Below the pieces are notes generated by a model. The model did not search any database, had not been told where the DNA came from, and saw nothing but the letters and a program-made list of their open reading frames with translations. The translations under genes were made by a program, and so were the position numbers. This document shows positions 47,749 through 59,227 of a stretch of DNA of 64,000 nucleotides, piece after piece. Location of the stretch: assembly GCA_965261735.1 (NCBI GenBank), contig OZ253470.1, positions 1,504,001-1,568,000 on the forward strand, read 5' to 3'. This DNA comes from Alphaproteobacteria bacterium (GTDB lineage Bacteria > Pseudomonadota > Alphaproteobacteria > SHVV01). Each line of letters starts with the position of its first letter. Position 1 is the first letter of the stretch.

Positions 47749-49605
47749 CTACTCCGCAGCCCGCGGCTCGTCCGCTTCGTCGTCGGCGTAGATGCGCACC
47801 TTGCGATGGAGGCGCCGGGCAATCGTCGCGGTCTGGTGGTGGGCGCGCGGCGTTGGCGCATGGGCGGCGAGGAAGCGGGCGAGTGCGATCAGGATGTGAT
47901 GGCCCTCGACGCCGTCCCACTCACGATACTGGGCCAGCGCCGCCTCGTAGTTCTGGAAGGTGTGGAAGCCCGCGTCCTCACGCAGCAGAGCGTGGCCGAG
48001 CGTGGCGATGAGCGGCGCCGGGTCGTGGCCGAGGCCGAGATAGCGCACGACCAGTTGCGCCGCCGGCTCGACCTGCTGCTGGCGGTCCATCGCCTCGAGC
48101 AGGCGCGCCCGCAGCACCGGCGCCTCTCGCGGCAGGGCGTCGAGTGCGCCCTCGCCCGGCAGGCGCGCCGGCGGGATGTTGAGAAAGCGATCGAGATAAA
48201 CCGTCATGGCCCCGTGATAAACGCCGCGCACGCCGTCGACGTAAGCTTCCGGCGCATCGTGGGTGACGCGCTTCAGCAGCTGATGCAGCGCGTTGCAGTA
48301 GGTGAAGCTGTGGTGGGCGCTGTTCCAGTCCGAGAACTCGTTCGCGGTGCCGAAATGGGCGAGCCTCAGCGCCGCCGCGTAAGCGAGGGCGCGCGACAGG
48401 TCGACGGGCCGCGCGCCCGCAGCCACCGCATCGCCGAGCGCCGCAGCGATGCTCGCCGGCTCCCCGTCGAGCAGCTCATGGGCGAGCGCCGTTGCCCCGC
48501 GCCACGCGCCCTTGCGCGCCTTGGCGCGGCCCCGCTTGATGAGCGCCGGCAGGCTCGCGAACGCCTCTTCGAGCAGCGGCACGAGGTCGATCGGGTGGCG
48601 CCACGCGTTCGCCTCCTCACGCCCACGCGCGCCGACCATCTGCTCGATGATCCCCGGCAGCACGGCGCCGGCGTGCTGCCAGCCGACGTGATCGAGAGCC
48701 TCCATCGCCTTGTTGATGAAGTCCAGCGCGTGCCCGCCGTCCGCGTAGTAGCGGTCCGTCACGGCGCTCAGCAGGAGGTCGGCGAGCGCCGGCGGCGAGG
48801 CGCCGTTGGCGATGGCGGTGAGCAGCGTGCGCTCGGCGCCGTCGCGGTGGCGCACCAGCGTCCATTGGCGGAGCCAGCGTTTGAGGGTCTCCAGCGGCAC
48901 GCCGGGGTGGCCGAGCGGTGCGCGCTCGCGCCGGGCGGCCGCGCCCTCGCAATCCTCCGCGACCTCGCGGATGCCGTGGAAGTAGGCGAGGTAGCGGTCC
49001 TCATCGTCGAGGTCGGGGAGCACGTTGGCGAGGGCCGCGAGGATGGTCATGCCGCTACCCCAGTCGTCGCGGTTGCGGGCGCCGAACAGGAAGGCGTCGG
49101 CGAGCATGCCGGTGCCGTCGCCGCCCTCGGCGCCGTCTTCGAGGAGCCCGAGGATCGCCTTGCCCGCGACCAATCCGAGATTGTGCGCCATCGCCTCGCC
49201 CAGGCGGCGGCGCCAGTGCCCCGCCTCGTCCGCGTAGCCGCAATCGGCGGCCACCCACACCGTATCGCCGCGGATCTCGGCCCGGCCCATCGGTACGTCA
49301 TCGGCCCAGAGGTTGAACGTGCCGCCGCTCTCGAGGTCGAAGCGCGCGTGGTGCCAGTGGCAGGTGAGAATGCCGTCTTCTACGCTGCCGCGATGTAGCG
49401 GGAAGCCGAGGTGCGGGCAGCGGTTGTCGAGCGCGTGCACGCGGCCGCCCTCATAGAGCACCAGGATGGGGCAGCGCCGGCCGGCGACCACCATCATGCG
49501 CTTTCGCTTGAGCGTCTCGAGCCGGCCGACGCGGATGTAGTCCCCTTTTGTGCCGCGCGCCGTCTTTCCTCGCGTCGTCATGATTTCGCTCTCCGCCTCA
49601 ACCAC
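47749..49605 (-). CDS. Rieske [2Fe-2S] domain protein with large helical C-terminal region
   Basis: CPHLG...CHWHHARFD; GHALDF, HHSFTY and EDAGFH motifs; start may be ~49581. Confidence 0.85.
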   Translation of the reverse strand: MVEAESEIMTTRGKTARGTKGDYIRVGRLETLKRKRMMVVAGRRCPILVLYEGGRVHALDNRCPHLGFPLHRGSVEDGILTCHWHHARFDLESGGTFNLWADDVPMGRAEIRGDTVWVAADCGYADEAGHWRRRLGEAMAHNLGLVAGKAILGLLEDGAEGGDGTGMLADAFLFGARNRDDWGSGMTILAALANVLPDLDDEDRYLAYFHGIREVAEDCEGAAARRERAPLGHPGVPLETLKRWLRQWTLVRHRDGAERTLLTAIANGASPPALADLLLSAVTDRYYADGGHALDFINKAMEALDHVGWQHAGAVLPGIIEQMVGARGREEANAWRHPIDLVPLLEEAFASLPALIKRGRAKARKGAWRGATALAHELLDGEPASIAAALGDAVAAGARPVDLSRALAYAAALRLAHFGTANEFSDWNSAHHSFTYCNALHQLLKRVTHDAPEAYVDGVRGVYHGAMTVYLDRFLNIPPARLPGEGALDALPREAPVLRARLLEAMDRQQQVEPAAQLVVRYLGLGHDPAPLIATLGHALLREDAGFHTFQNYEAALAQYREWDGVEGHHILIALARFLAAHAPTPRAHHQTATIARRLHRKVRIYADDEADEPRAAE

Positions 49606-50575
49606 CGACGGTCAGTACCACCTTACCCGTCGAGCGCCGCGCGAGCAGGAGATTCATCGCCTCGGCCGCCTGCGCCAGGGGGAGGCGCTGGGAGATGTGC
49701 GGCTTGATGGTTCCGGCTTGCGCCCAGTCGAGGAGAACGGCCAGTGCGCGCCGCATCCTGTCGGGGTCGTGGTCGGCATAATGGCCCCACGGACAACCGA
49801 TGACCGAGACGTTCTTGACGAGCACGATGTTGGCCGGCGCCTGGGGGATGCGGCCGCTGGCAAATCCGATCACCAGGAGCCGGCCCTCCCAATTGATACA
49901 GCGCAGCGCCGCGTCGAACATATCGCCGCCGACGGGATCGTAGATGACGTCGGCGCCGCGCCCGCCGGTCAGCTCCTTGACGCGGGCGCGCAGGTCCTCG
50001 CTGCGGTAGTCGATGACGTGGTCGGCGCCGTGCGCCGCAGCGACGCCGAGCTTTTCCGCGCTGCCCGCCGCGGCGATCACGGTGGCGCCGAGGGCCTTGC
50101 CGATCTCGACCGCGGTCAGGCCGACGCCGCCGGCGGCACCGAGGACGAGCAGGGTTTCGCCGGCTTCGAGGCGCGCGCGATGGGTGAGCGCGAGGTAGGA
50201 CGTGCCGTAAGCGATGGGAAAGCCAGCCGCCGTCTCGTCGTCCATGCCCGGTGGCAGCGGCACGACGAGCGCAGCCGGCGCCAGCGCCTCCTCGGCATAG
50301 CCGCCCCAGCGCAGCTGGGCCATCACACGCTGGCCGGCATCGAAGCCCGCGCGCTCGCCGCTAGCCACCACCTCGCCGGCAACCTCGAGGCCGGGGCTGA
50401 AGGGGAGCGACGGCTTGACCTGATACTGTCCGGCGATCATCAGCGTGTCGGCGAAGTTCACGCCCGCGGCGCGGACCCTGATCTTGACCTCGTCCGCGCC
50501 CGGCTCGGGCGCCGCCATCTCCTCGACCGTGAGCGCCTCGGGGCCGCCCCATGCCTTGCACACGACGGCCTTCAT
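49598..50575 (-). CDS. NADPH:quinone oxidoreductase (zeta-crystallin family)
   Basis: GVNFAD, PGLEVAG, GAAGGVG, DPVGG. Confidence 0.92.
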   Translation of the reverse strand: MKAVVCKAWGGPEALTVEEMAAPEPGADEVKIRVRAAGVNFADTLMIAGQYQVKPSLPFSPGLEVAGEVVASGERAGFDAGQRVMAQLRWGGYAEEALAPAALVVPLPPGMDDETAAGFPIAYGTSYLALTHRARLEAGETLLVLGAAGGVGLTAVEIGKALGATVIAAAGSAEKLGVAAAHGADHVIDYRSEDLRARVKELTGGRGADVIYDPVGGDMFDAALRCINWEGRLLVIGFASGRIPQAPANIVLVKNVSVIGCPWGHYADHDPDRMRRALAVLLDWAQAGTIKPHISQRLPLAQAAEAMNLLLARRSTGKVVLTVGG

Positions 50576-51600
50576 GACGCCGCCGCGTCCCGTCCCGGGT
50601 CCGCGGCCCTGATTGCGCCCGTGGTGACGCCGCGCCAGTTGCGCACCGGAGTCTCGATGAGCGCGGCAAGACGCGCGGCTTCGGCCTCATCGAGTGCGCC
50701 GATCTCGAGCAGCGTCGCCGACATGGCGATCTCGGCCGCGCGCCGGGCGCCGTCATCGACCTTGAGGACGACGCCGAGCCCGAGACCGCTCACGATCGCC
50801 GCCATCACGCCCTCGGCACCGGTCTTGACCAGCACCCGCCCGCCGGTGGCGGCGATCACCTCGCTGCAGTAGCGCCCGCTGCCGGCGACGAGATAAGGGT
50901 GGGCCGCCATGGCCGCGGTGATTCGGCGCGCGGCGGCGGCGCGGGCCGGCGCCAGGCCGGCGGGATCGGCTAGCTGGGCCAGCGCCCGCGCGAGGTTGCG
51001 CAGCGGCACCGCGATCGTCGGTATGGAGCAGCCATCGGTGGCGCGCGGCGCGCCCTCGAGATCGAGCGCCGCGAGCTCACCCACGATGTCGCGCAGGCGG
51101 CGCTGCGCCGGGTGCTCGGGCGCGACGTAGTCGGCCACCGGCTCGCCCAGGTGCAGCGCCGTCGTCAGCAGGGCGAGATGCTTGCCCGAGCAGTTGTTGT
51201 GGAGCGGCCCCGGCGCCACTCCGGCCTGCACGAGCGCGCGCGCCGACGCGCCGTGCATGGGCCGGTGAGCGCCGCATGCGAGATCGCCCTCGGTGAGGCC
51301 GAGGCGGTCGAGCCATGCCTCGCCGAGGCGGACGTGGTCGGGCTCGCCGCTGTGCGAGGCCGAGGCGAGCGCGATCTCCTCCTCACTCACCGAGAAGGCC
51401 GCCGCGGCCCCGGTCTCGATGAGCGCCAGCGCCTGGAGCGGCTTGATCGCCGAGCGCGGGTACACCGGCGCCTCGATATCGCCACGGGCGGCACGCATCG
51501 CGCCCGCCGCATCGGCCACGGCCACCGCGGCCCTGTGACGGCTCTCGACGAGCGGCCCACGCCAGACCTCGACGGCGATGGGGTTGACGGCCTCAGCCAA
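50572..51600 (-). CDS. L-asparaginase II (AnsA-type)
   Basis: RSAIKPLQA, SHSGE, NNCSGKH, DGCSIP, KTGAEG. Confidence 0.92.
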   Translation of the reverse strand: MAEAVNPIAVEVWRGPLVESRHRAAVAVADAAGAMRAARGDIEAPVYPRSAIKPLQALALIETGAAAAFSVSEEEIALASASHSGEPDHVRLGEAWLDRLGLTEGDLACGAHRPMHGASARALVQAGVAPGPLHNNCSGKHLALLTTALHLGEPVADYVAPEHPAQRRLRDIVGELAALDLEGAPRATDGCSIPTIAVPLRNLARALAQLADPAGLAPARAAAARRITAAMAAHPYLVAGSGRYCSEVIAATGGRVLVKTGAEGVMAAIVSGLGLGVVLKVDDGARRAAEIAMSATLLEIGALDEAEAARLAALIETPVRNWRGVTTGAIRAADPGRDAAAS

Positions 51601-51795
51601 CTCCGCCGTCCGCCGACATCGTTCGAATCATGGAGAGCATGCGAGAACACCCGCAGGCGATAGCCCTGGACACTCGCGGTTTTACCGCTTCGCCCATGCC
51701 GAGTCGATGGAGCTCGCCGGGAGCGCAGACGGCGCGGCCCGCGACCGTCGCCGAGGGGGGTGACAAGTGAGGCCGGCCGACGCTATGTATGGAGC

Positions 51796-52308
51796 ATGAA
51801 GCGCGCGCTCGGGTGGTTCACGGTTTTTGTCCTAGCCGTTTTCGCCCATGCCGGCGCGGCCCAGCAATCACCGAAGCTGATCGCGTCGTTTCATGACTGG
51901 GACACCTTCTCCTACGGGGCCGGCGGCGCCAAGATCTGCTATGCCGTAAGCGCGCCGCTCGACATGGAGCCCAAGAACGTACGCCGCGGCGACGTCTACT
52001 TCACCCTCACCTACCGCCCCGCCGGCAAGGTCAAGGACGAGGTCGGCATCGTCACCGGCTACACCTACAAGAAGGACAGCGCCGTGAAGATCGCGCTCGG
52101 CGGCCGGTCGTTCGACCTTTTTACCCAGGACGACGGCGCCTGGGTGCGCCAGCCGGCCGACGAAACCTCGCTCGTGCAGGCGATGGTCCGGGGCTCCGAC
52201 ATGGTCGTGCGCGGCACGTCGAGCCGCGGCACGCTGACCACCGACCGCTACTCGCTCCTCGGCTTCACCGCCGCGCGTAAGGCCATCGCGTCGGCCTGCG
52301 GCGGCTGA
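51796..52308 (+). CDS. Invasion-associated locus B-like periplasmic protein
   Basis: Signal peptide; FHDW...ICYA...SSRGT.TTDRYSL.GF...C. Confidence 0.8.
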   Translation: MKRALGWFTVFVLAVFAHAGAAQQSPKLIASFHDWDTFSYGAGGAKICYAVSAPLDMEPKNVRRGDVYFTLTYRPAGKVKDEVGIVTGYTYKKDSAVKIALGGRSFDLFTQDDGAWVRQPADETSLVQAMVRGSDMVVRGTSSRGTLTTDRYSLLGFTAARKAIASACGG

Positions 52309-52351
52309 GGCCGCCCTATCGCGTCATGGTGAATCGCGCTATGCAGGCGCC

Positions 52352-53464
52352 ATGAGCCTCGCCCTGGAGAGCCCGCCCGCGCCCGATCCGCGCCCCCATC
52401 TCGTCGGCCTCGACCGCGAGGAGCTGGCCGCCGAGGTCGTGCGCGCCGGTGCCCGGCCGGCGATCGCTCGCTTACGCGCGCGCCAGCTGTGGCATTGGCT
52501 CTACCATCGTGGCGTGCGCTCGTTCGCCGACATGACGACCCTGCCCAAGGGTCTGCGCACCCGGCTCTCGGAGTCCTGCACCCTCGAGCGCGCCACGGTA
52601 TCGCGCGAGCAGGTCTCGGCCGATGGCACCCGCAAGTGGCTGCTGCGCCTCGCCGACGGCCAGGAGGTCGAGAGCGTCTACATCCCCGAGACGGACCGCG
52701 GCGCCCTGTGCCTGTCGACCCAGGTCGGCTGCACGCTGACTTGCAGCTTCTGCCACACCGGTACCCAGCGCCTGGTGCGCAACCTGGGCGCCGGCGAGAT
52801 CGTGGCGCAGATACTGCTCGCCCGCGACGCACTCGAAGAGTGGCCGGCGCCGCAGGGCGGGCGCCTGCTGTCCAACATCGTGGTCATGGGCATGGGCGAG
52901 CCGCTCTACAACTACAACAATTTGGCCAAGGCCCTGAAGATCGCCATGGACGGCGACGGCCTGGCGATCTCGCGCCGCCGAATCACGCTATCGACGGCGG
53001 GCGTGGTGCCCATGATCGAGCGCGCCGGCGCCGAGCTCGCTGTCAACCTCGCGGTCTCGCTGCACGCGGTCAGCGACGAGCTGCGCAACCAGCTGGTGCC
53101 GATCAACCGAAAATACCCGATCGCGGAGCTCATGGCGGCGTGCCACGCCTACCCGGCGGCCTCGAACGCGCGCCGCATCACCTTCGAGTACATCCTCCTC
53201 AAGGGGGTCAACGACTCGCCGGCCGAGGCACGGGCGCTGGTGCGCCTCATTCGCGGCATCCCGGCCAAGGTCAACCTGATCCCGTTCAACCCGTGGCCCG
53301 GCGCGCCCTTCGAGACCTCTGACCCGGCTGTCGCGGGCGCCTTCGCCGAGATCATCAATGCGGCCGGCTATGCCGCGCCGCTACGTACGCCGCGCGGGCG
53401 CGACATCATGGCCGCCTGCGGCCAGCTCAAGTCGGCGAGCGTGCGCGCGGCCGGCGCCGGTTGA
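52352..53464 (+). CDS. rlmN: 23S rRNA (A2503)/tRNA C2-methyltransferase
   Basis: [29 protein letters not shown]. Confidence 0.96.
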   Translation: MSLALESPPAPDPRPHLVGLDREELAAEVVRAGARPAIARLRARQLWHWLYHRGVRSFADMTTLPKGLRTRLSESCTLERATVSREQVSADGTRKWLLRLADGQEVESVYIPETDRGALCLSTQVGCTLTCSFCHTGTQRLVRNLGAGEIVAQILLARDALEEWPAPQGGRLLSNIVVMGMGEPLYNYNNLAKALKIAMDGDGLAISRRRITLSTAGVVPMIERAGAELAVNLAVSLHAVSDELRNQLVPINRKYPIAELMAACHAYPAASNARRITFEYILLKGVNDSPAEARALVRLIRGIPAKVNLIPFNPWPGAPFETSDPAVAGAFAEIINAAGYAAPLRTPRGRDIMAACGQLKSASVRAAGAG

Positions 53465-53973
53465 AGCGCCCGAGCGCAACCGCCGAAGTCCTTCCCGACG
53501 TCCTGGCGCCCGGCCTCAAGGTGGTGTTCTGCGGCTCGGCGGTCGGTGCTAAATCGGCTGCCCTCGGCGCCTATTACGCCGGGCCGGGGAACCGGTTCTG
53601 GCTCACTCTGCACCGCATCGGGCTAACGCCGAGCGTCCTTGATGCGCACGATTATCGCAGCGTGCGCGACTATGGCATCGGCCTCACCGACATGGCCAAG
53701 CACGAGTCGGGGTCCGATGCGATCCTATCGCGGGCGGCCGACGATCCCGCGGCGCTCGCGGCCAAGATCGCGCGCTTCCGGCCCGCCGCACTGGCTTTCA
53801 ACGGCAAGCGCGCCGCAGGCGTGTTTCTCGGTCAGCCGCTCCTCTACGGCGTGCAGCCCGAGCCGGTGGGCGCGACCGCACTGTTCGTGCTCCCCTCCAC
53901 CTCAGGCGCGGCGCGCCGCTTCTGGGACGAGCGGCCCTGGTTCGAGCTTGCCGAATTCGTGCGCCGCGCCTGA
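53461..53973 (+). CDS. Mismatch-specific uracil-DNA glycosylase (MUG/TDG family)
   Basis: [32 protein letters not shown]. Confidence 0.88.
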   Translation: MKRPSATAEVLPDVLAPGLKVVFCGSAVGAKSAALGAYYAGPGNRFWLTLHRIGLTPSVLDAHDYRSVRDYGIGLTDMAKHESGSDAILSRAADDPAALAAKIARFRPAALAFNGKRAAGVFLGQPLLYGVQPEPVGATALFVLPSTSGAARRFWDERPWFELAEFVRRA

Positions 53974-54046
53974 GGTGCGCGCCTTGCGGGCGGGCGGCGT
54001 TGACCTATACTGCGCCGCGCTTTCGACCAGGGCAGAGCCGCACGCG

Positions 54047-55261
<1,215 letters not shown>

Positions 55262-55279
55262 TCCGGCGAAGCTCGCGCT

Positions 55280-55431
55280 CCCCCCCCTCCCTACCCTCCC
55301 CCACAAGGGGGAGGGGGGTGTGCGCGGTGTCGCGTCTCGCCTAGCTCTTCTCTCGTTGGCGGAAGAAGCCCCGCGAGATCAAAGCCGTAGCCCCCCTCCA
55401 CCTTGATGGGGGAGGGATGGGGAGGGGGTGA
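55280..55431. repeat. Intergenic palindromic repeat, copy C (longer spacer)
   Basis: CCCCCTCCCTACCCTCCCCCACAAGGGGGAGGG...CCTTGATGGGGGAGGGATGGGGAGGGGGTGA. Confidence 0.8.
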
Positions 55432-55455
55432 TCCCCGCTGCAACGAGGTAAGGCG

Positions 55456-56541
55456 CTAGTCCGACTTGAACCGACGCCGGAGCGCGAGCAGGAAGAGGGC
55501 GACGAAACTCAGCACAAACAGATTGTAGAGGGCGGATACTACTGCGAGCCAAAGCGGAACCTGAGGTCCGCCCGGAAAGAGTGTCGGCGGTCCCTGCCCA
55601 GCGGCTCGCAGAAAGTCGAATGGACGAAACGTTTGCCGAAGCGCGACCCAGAGGCTCTCCTGTACCGTCTCCCAGTGCGGCACCCAGAGACCCTCGGGTG
55701 CGGCGAGACTAATTAGGACAATCACGAAATAGGCGGCGAGCAACCCAACCAACCATACGAGCGGTCGCCCGATGCTCCGCCCATAGTCGGCGGCATATTC
55801 GTAGAGCCATCAGGCGAGCATCACAATCCGTGGCGTCCCCGGCTGGCGCCGGCGACTTTTTTGTTCGAGGGCGAAGAACATGCCCTGTTCGTCACGGGCG
55901 CGAAGTTGCTCCATCGCGAGCTTGAGGGTGCGGTAAGCTGCTACCGCACCCTCACTCCGCGTATCCGGAAACCCTTTGATGCCGGGAAACTCGGTGCCGT
56001 GATGAAGCTCCGCCCCGTGAAAGTCGGGCGCCTTCTCGAAGATCGCAGGTCGGAAAACTGTTGGATCACCGAATCTTCTGTTCGTAAAGGATACCTGACC
56101 ATCAAAATGAGCATGCGAAAAACCAATCACTCCAAAGTCGTCCTTGCCAGGCCTAGTCCACGAGGCTGCGGAAAAATCGGCGTGATCTCCAAAACTACAT
56201 TCGTCGAAGCTCACTTCGTCCACGAATACAGCACCTTTGAAGTTAGCTCGACGCCCAAATTTCGTCGAGGAGAACCGAGCTTCACGATCGAATGTCGCAC
56301 CCACAAAAAGCGCGTCGTCACCAAAAGCTGCGAACACTGACTTACTCAGGTTCGCTCCATCTCCGAAAACAACGTTGTCGAATTTTACGTAATTACCGAG
56401 CACCAGGAATGCCAGGGTCGCAACAATGTTCACTCGCTGGGTCATGTCATTCTCCGTTGCATGAATAGTTGTATATGCATCGTTATCGGCTTGGAGGGCC
56501 CGCGTGGCGGCCTCCGGTAGGGGACCAGTGTTTGTGTTCAC
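55456..56541 (-). pseudogene. Pentapeptide-repeat membrane protein, pseudogene
   Basis: AxF..AxF repeats, AYRTLKLAME, internal TGA at 55810-55812, then WLYEYAADYGRSIGRP and TM C-terminus (LALRRRF); lower GC; 5' end unclear. Confidence 0.75.
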
Positions 56542-56948
56542 CGGCCCTCACTCCTTACCAGCCTTCATCGTTCGCCTTGCCCTCGCTGCGCACCGGCCTT
56601 CGTCGTTCACCTGCCCTGATTGCGCGCCAGCCCTATTCGAAGCGGCTTACGGTCTGTCATCTGAAGCGATGGTTGGGCTCTCTCGGTTGAAGTCATGATA
56701 GTTGTATATACGCTTATTGGTGCGGTGTTCAAGGCCGCGGGCTCTTCTTTTTGTGGAGATCGTCCGTCCTTCTGTGAGACGCCTGTCTTTGCGTGAGTTC
56801 GCCCTTCTCTTACGCCGATTGCCGGCCTTCGGGCGAGACCGCCCTCCTCTTACGGGATAGCCCGTCCCCCTCGGGGACCGCCGGTCGCGCACCGCCCGTC
56901 GCGCGTTATCCCGCGCCCGCTCCGTCGCGGGCGGTCGCTCAAACTATC

Positions 56949-57272
56949 TCGCGGACCCGACGGCACCCCCACGTCGCCGCCGCGCCCCTCGGGGCCCGTC
57001 TCGGGCTGTGCTGAGCGCTCGGAACGGCCGCCGCCACGAGCATGCGCAAAAGGCCGCGTGATCGAGCCTATCGGCGACACCGTGTCTGGCCCGGCAGTCC
57101 CTCGCGCAGCTCGCGGACCCGGATGGCACGGCCGCGTCGTCGCCGCGCCATCGGCGCCCGTCTCGGGCTAGTCTGGTCCGCTCGAGACGGGCGTAGCTCA
57201 CGCGACACGCAGAGGGCCGCGTGATCGAGTCTATCGGCGATACGGCGTCCGGCGTACGCGTGCGCGGCGCCG
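56949..57272. repeat. Two degenerate tandem ~162-bp non-coding repeats
   Basis: TCGCGGACCCG, GCCCGTCTCGGGCT and GGCCGCGTGATCGAG.CTATCGGCGA each recur at 162-163 bp spacing. Confidence 0.8.
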
Positions 57273-57303
57273 GTGCGAGATTCCACAACGAGGAGAGAGT
57301 TCA

Positions 57304-57696
57304 ATGGAGAAGCAAACGTTTCGCGTCGGTAAGCTTTCCGAGGCCATGGAGCGGGCAGGCGTACCCGTCTCGCCGGTCGTGCGGGCGGGCGATTTCGTCT
57401 TCGTCTCCGGCGTCGCGCCGGTCAACCCCGAGACCGGCAAGGTCGAGATCACGGATATCGCGACCCAGACAACCTATGTGCTCGAGAACGTCAAGGCGTG
57501 CCTGGAGGCGGCCGGCTCCTCGCTCGAGAAGGTGGTGAAGGCCAACGTGCTGATCGCCAACTCGGCCTACTACGGGACCGTCAACGAGATCTATGCCCGC
57601 TACTTCCCCCACGATCCACCGGCGCGCACCGTGGTCTCGGTAGGCTCGTGGCATTCGACGTTCGACATCGAGATCGACTGCATCGCGATCGGCTGA
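57304..57696 (+). CDS. RidA family protein
   Basis: FVFVSG, NEIYARYF..PPART, IEIDCIA; GAGGAG RBS. Confidence 0.92.
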   Translation: MEKQTFRVGKLSEAMERAGVPVSPVVRAGDFVFVSGVAPVNPETGKVEITDIATQTTYVLENVKACLEAAGSSLEKVVKANVLIANSAYYGTVNEIYARYFPHDPPARTVVSVGSWHSTFDIEIDCIAIG

Positions 57697-57835
57697 GCGT
57701 GCCCGGCGCCGCCCGCTCCGGGCCATGGATCAGGGGAGCCCGCGTCGAAGAACCATGCGCTGGTGTCGCGGCGGGGCCTTGCCCCCTCGCCGCGAGGCTC
57801 GGCCCCGGGCGCGGTGCGGAAGTCACCAGCCCTTG

Positions 57836-58981
57836 CTAGTAGCTGTCCCCGTTCAGGGCTTCCCATACCAGGCGCTGGAAATGGTGGGTACCATGCTCGC
57901 TGCGCCAACTGCGCTCGCGGTCGACCATCAGCCGGCCCTGCACGTAGCCGCGCGCCTTGAGCCCCTTCTGCTGGCTGACCATGGCGGTGATGTCCTCGGC
58001 CATGATGCGGTCGCGGTAGTTGGCGATGTGGCCCAGGTCGGCCGCGTCCGGCGGGTCGTTGAGGCAGAAATTGTCGAGCCGCTGGCGGCTGGTCTCCGGG
58101 CCGGTCGGCCGGGTCGCTTGAATCTTGAAGTTGCTCGCGCCCTGGTGCGCGATGAAGATCAGATTCGGCCACATGTACCAGATGTTGACGTCGGTGATCG
58201 CGCGGCTGCCGAAGTCGTAGGGTAGCTCCTCGTCCTCCAGCCCCTGCCGGCCGCGGATGATGTGCTTCGCCCACAGGCGGTGCTCGTTCGACTCCCAGCT
58301 CATGTCGAGATAGGCGCCCTCGCCCTCGCCCATGATCGTATGCAGCACCGGGCAGTGGTAGCACTCGTTCATGTCGGGAAAGAGCTTCCAGTTGTAGGCG
58401 CCGGGCAGCGGGTCGCTGACCGCAAGCTTGAGCCGGTCGAACGCCGGCACGGTGGCCAGGATGTCATCGGCGAGACCGGGGTACAGATCGGCGATCGGGG
58501 TCGGGTCCGGATCGAGGCTGACGAACACCATGTGCAGCAGGGTATCGACCTGAATCTCCGGCAGGCAGAAGTCGCCGGTATCGAAGCCGGCCACGTTCTC
58601 CGAGTTCCCAGCGGCCTTCAGGTTGCCCTCGAGATCGTAGGTCCAGGCATGGAACGGGCAGGTGATCATGCGCGTATTGCCCTTGCCCTCGAGGAGGATA
58701 TGGCCACGGTGCATGCACACGTTGTAGAAGGCGCGCAAGGCCCCGTCCCTGGCGCGGGTCACGAACACCTTCTGGTCGAGGATATCGGCGGTCAGGAAGT
58801 CGCCGGGGTTGGCGAGGTCGTGGGCGTAGCCGACGAGCTGCCAGCTCCTGAACCAGATCGCCTCCTTCTCGCGCTCGAAGATGGCCGGGTCATAGTAGTA
58901 CGACGCCGGCAGGGTCCCCGACCGCTCCGGATCAGAGGCAAAGCGACTGTGCGGAAGTTGCGCTGCGGGACTCGCGGTCAT
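57836..58981 (-). CDS. Rieske non-heme iron oxygenase alpha subunit (choline/carnitine monooxygenase-like)
   Basis: NVCMHRG...CPFHAW, ECYHCPVLH, AED. Confidence 0.92.
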   Translation of the reverse strand: MTASPAAQLPHSRFASDPERSGTLPASYYYDPAIFEREKEAIWFRSWQLVGYAHDLANPGDFLTADILDQKVFVTRARDGALRAFYNVCMHRGHILLEGKGNTRMITCPFHAWTYDLEGNLKAAGNSENVAGFDTGDFCLPEIQVDTLLHMVFVSLDPDPTPIADLYPGLADDILATVPAFDRLKLAVSDPLPGAYNWKLFPDMNECYHCPVLHTIMGEGEGAYLDMSWESNEHRLWAKHIIRGRQGLEDEELPYDFGSRAITDVNIWYMWPNLIFIAHQGASNFKIQATRPTGPETSRQRLDNFCLNDPPDAADLGHIANYRDRIMAEDITAMVSQQKGLKARGYVQGRLMVDRERSWRSEHGTHHFQRLVWEALNGDSY

Positions 58982-59227
58982 GCTGCCCTCAACCTTGTTT
59001 CATTGCGCATTCATTGAGCTAACAATAACCCAGCAGGGTGTGATCCCGCCACACAGACAACCGCGGCGGACCTAACGGCCGTGGGCCCGCCGCGGCCCGT
59101 CCTTCGTAAGCCGGTCTTTCCCCTCGCGATAGCGGGATGCTATTCAGGTGCGTGCCGGCGACGGCGGCGCTGTTGGAACACCCTATGCTGTCCGGACAGG
59201 TCCGGAACAGCGGAGATGAGGAATGGG

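Noticed and set aside
55810-55812. In-frame TGA in the pentapeptide-repeat gene as a third selenocysteine
   Set aside because: Context MLA*WLYEY has no redox motif and no obvious SECIS; a TCA-to-TGA nonsense change in a decaying gene is simpler
56949-57272. CRISPR array
   Set aside because: Only two long degenerate units, no constant short repeat with unique spacers, no cas genes
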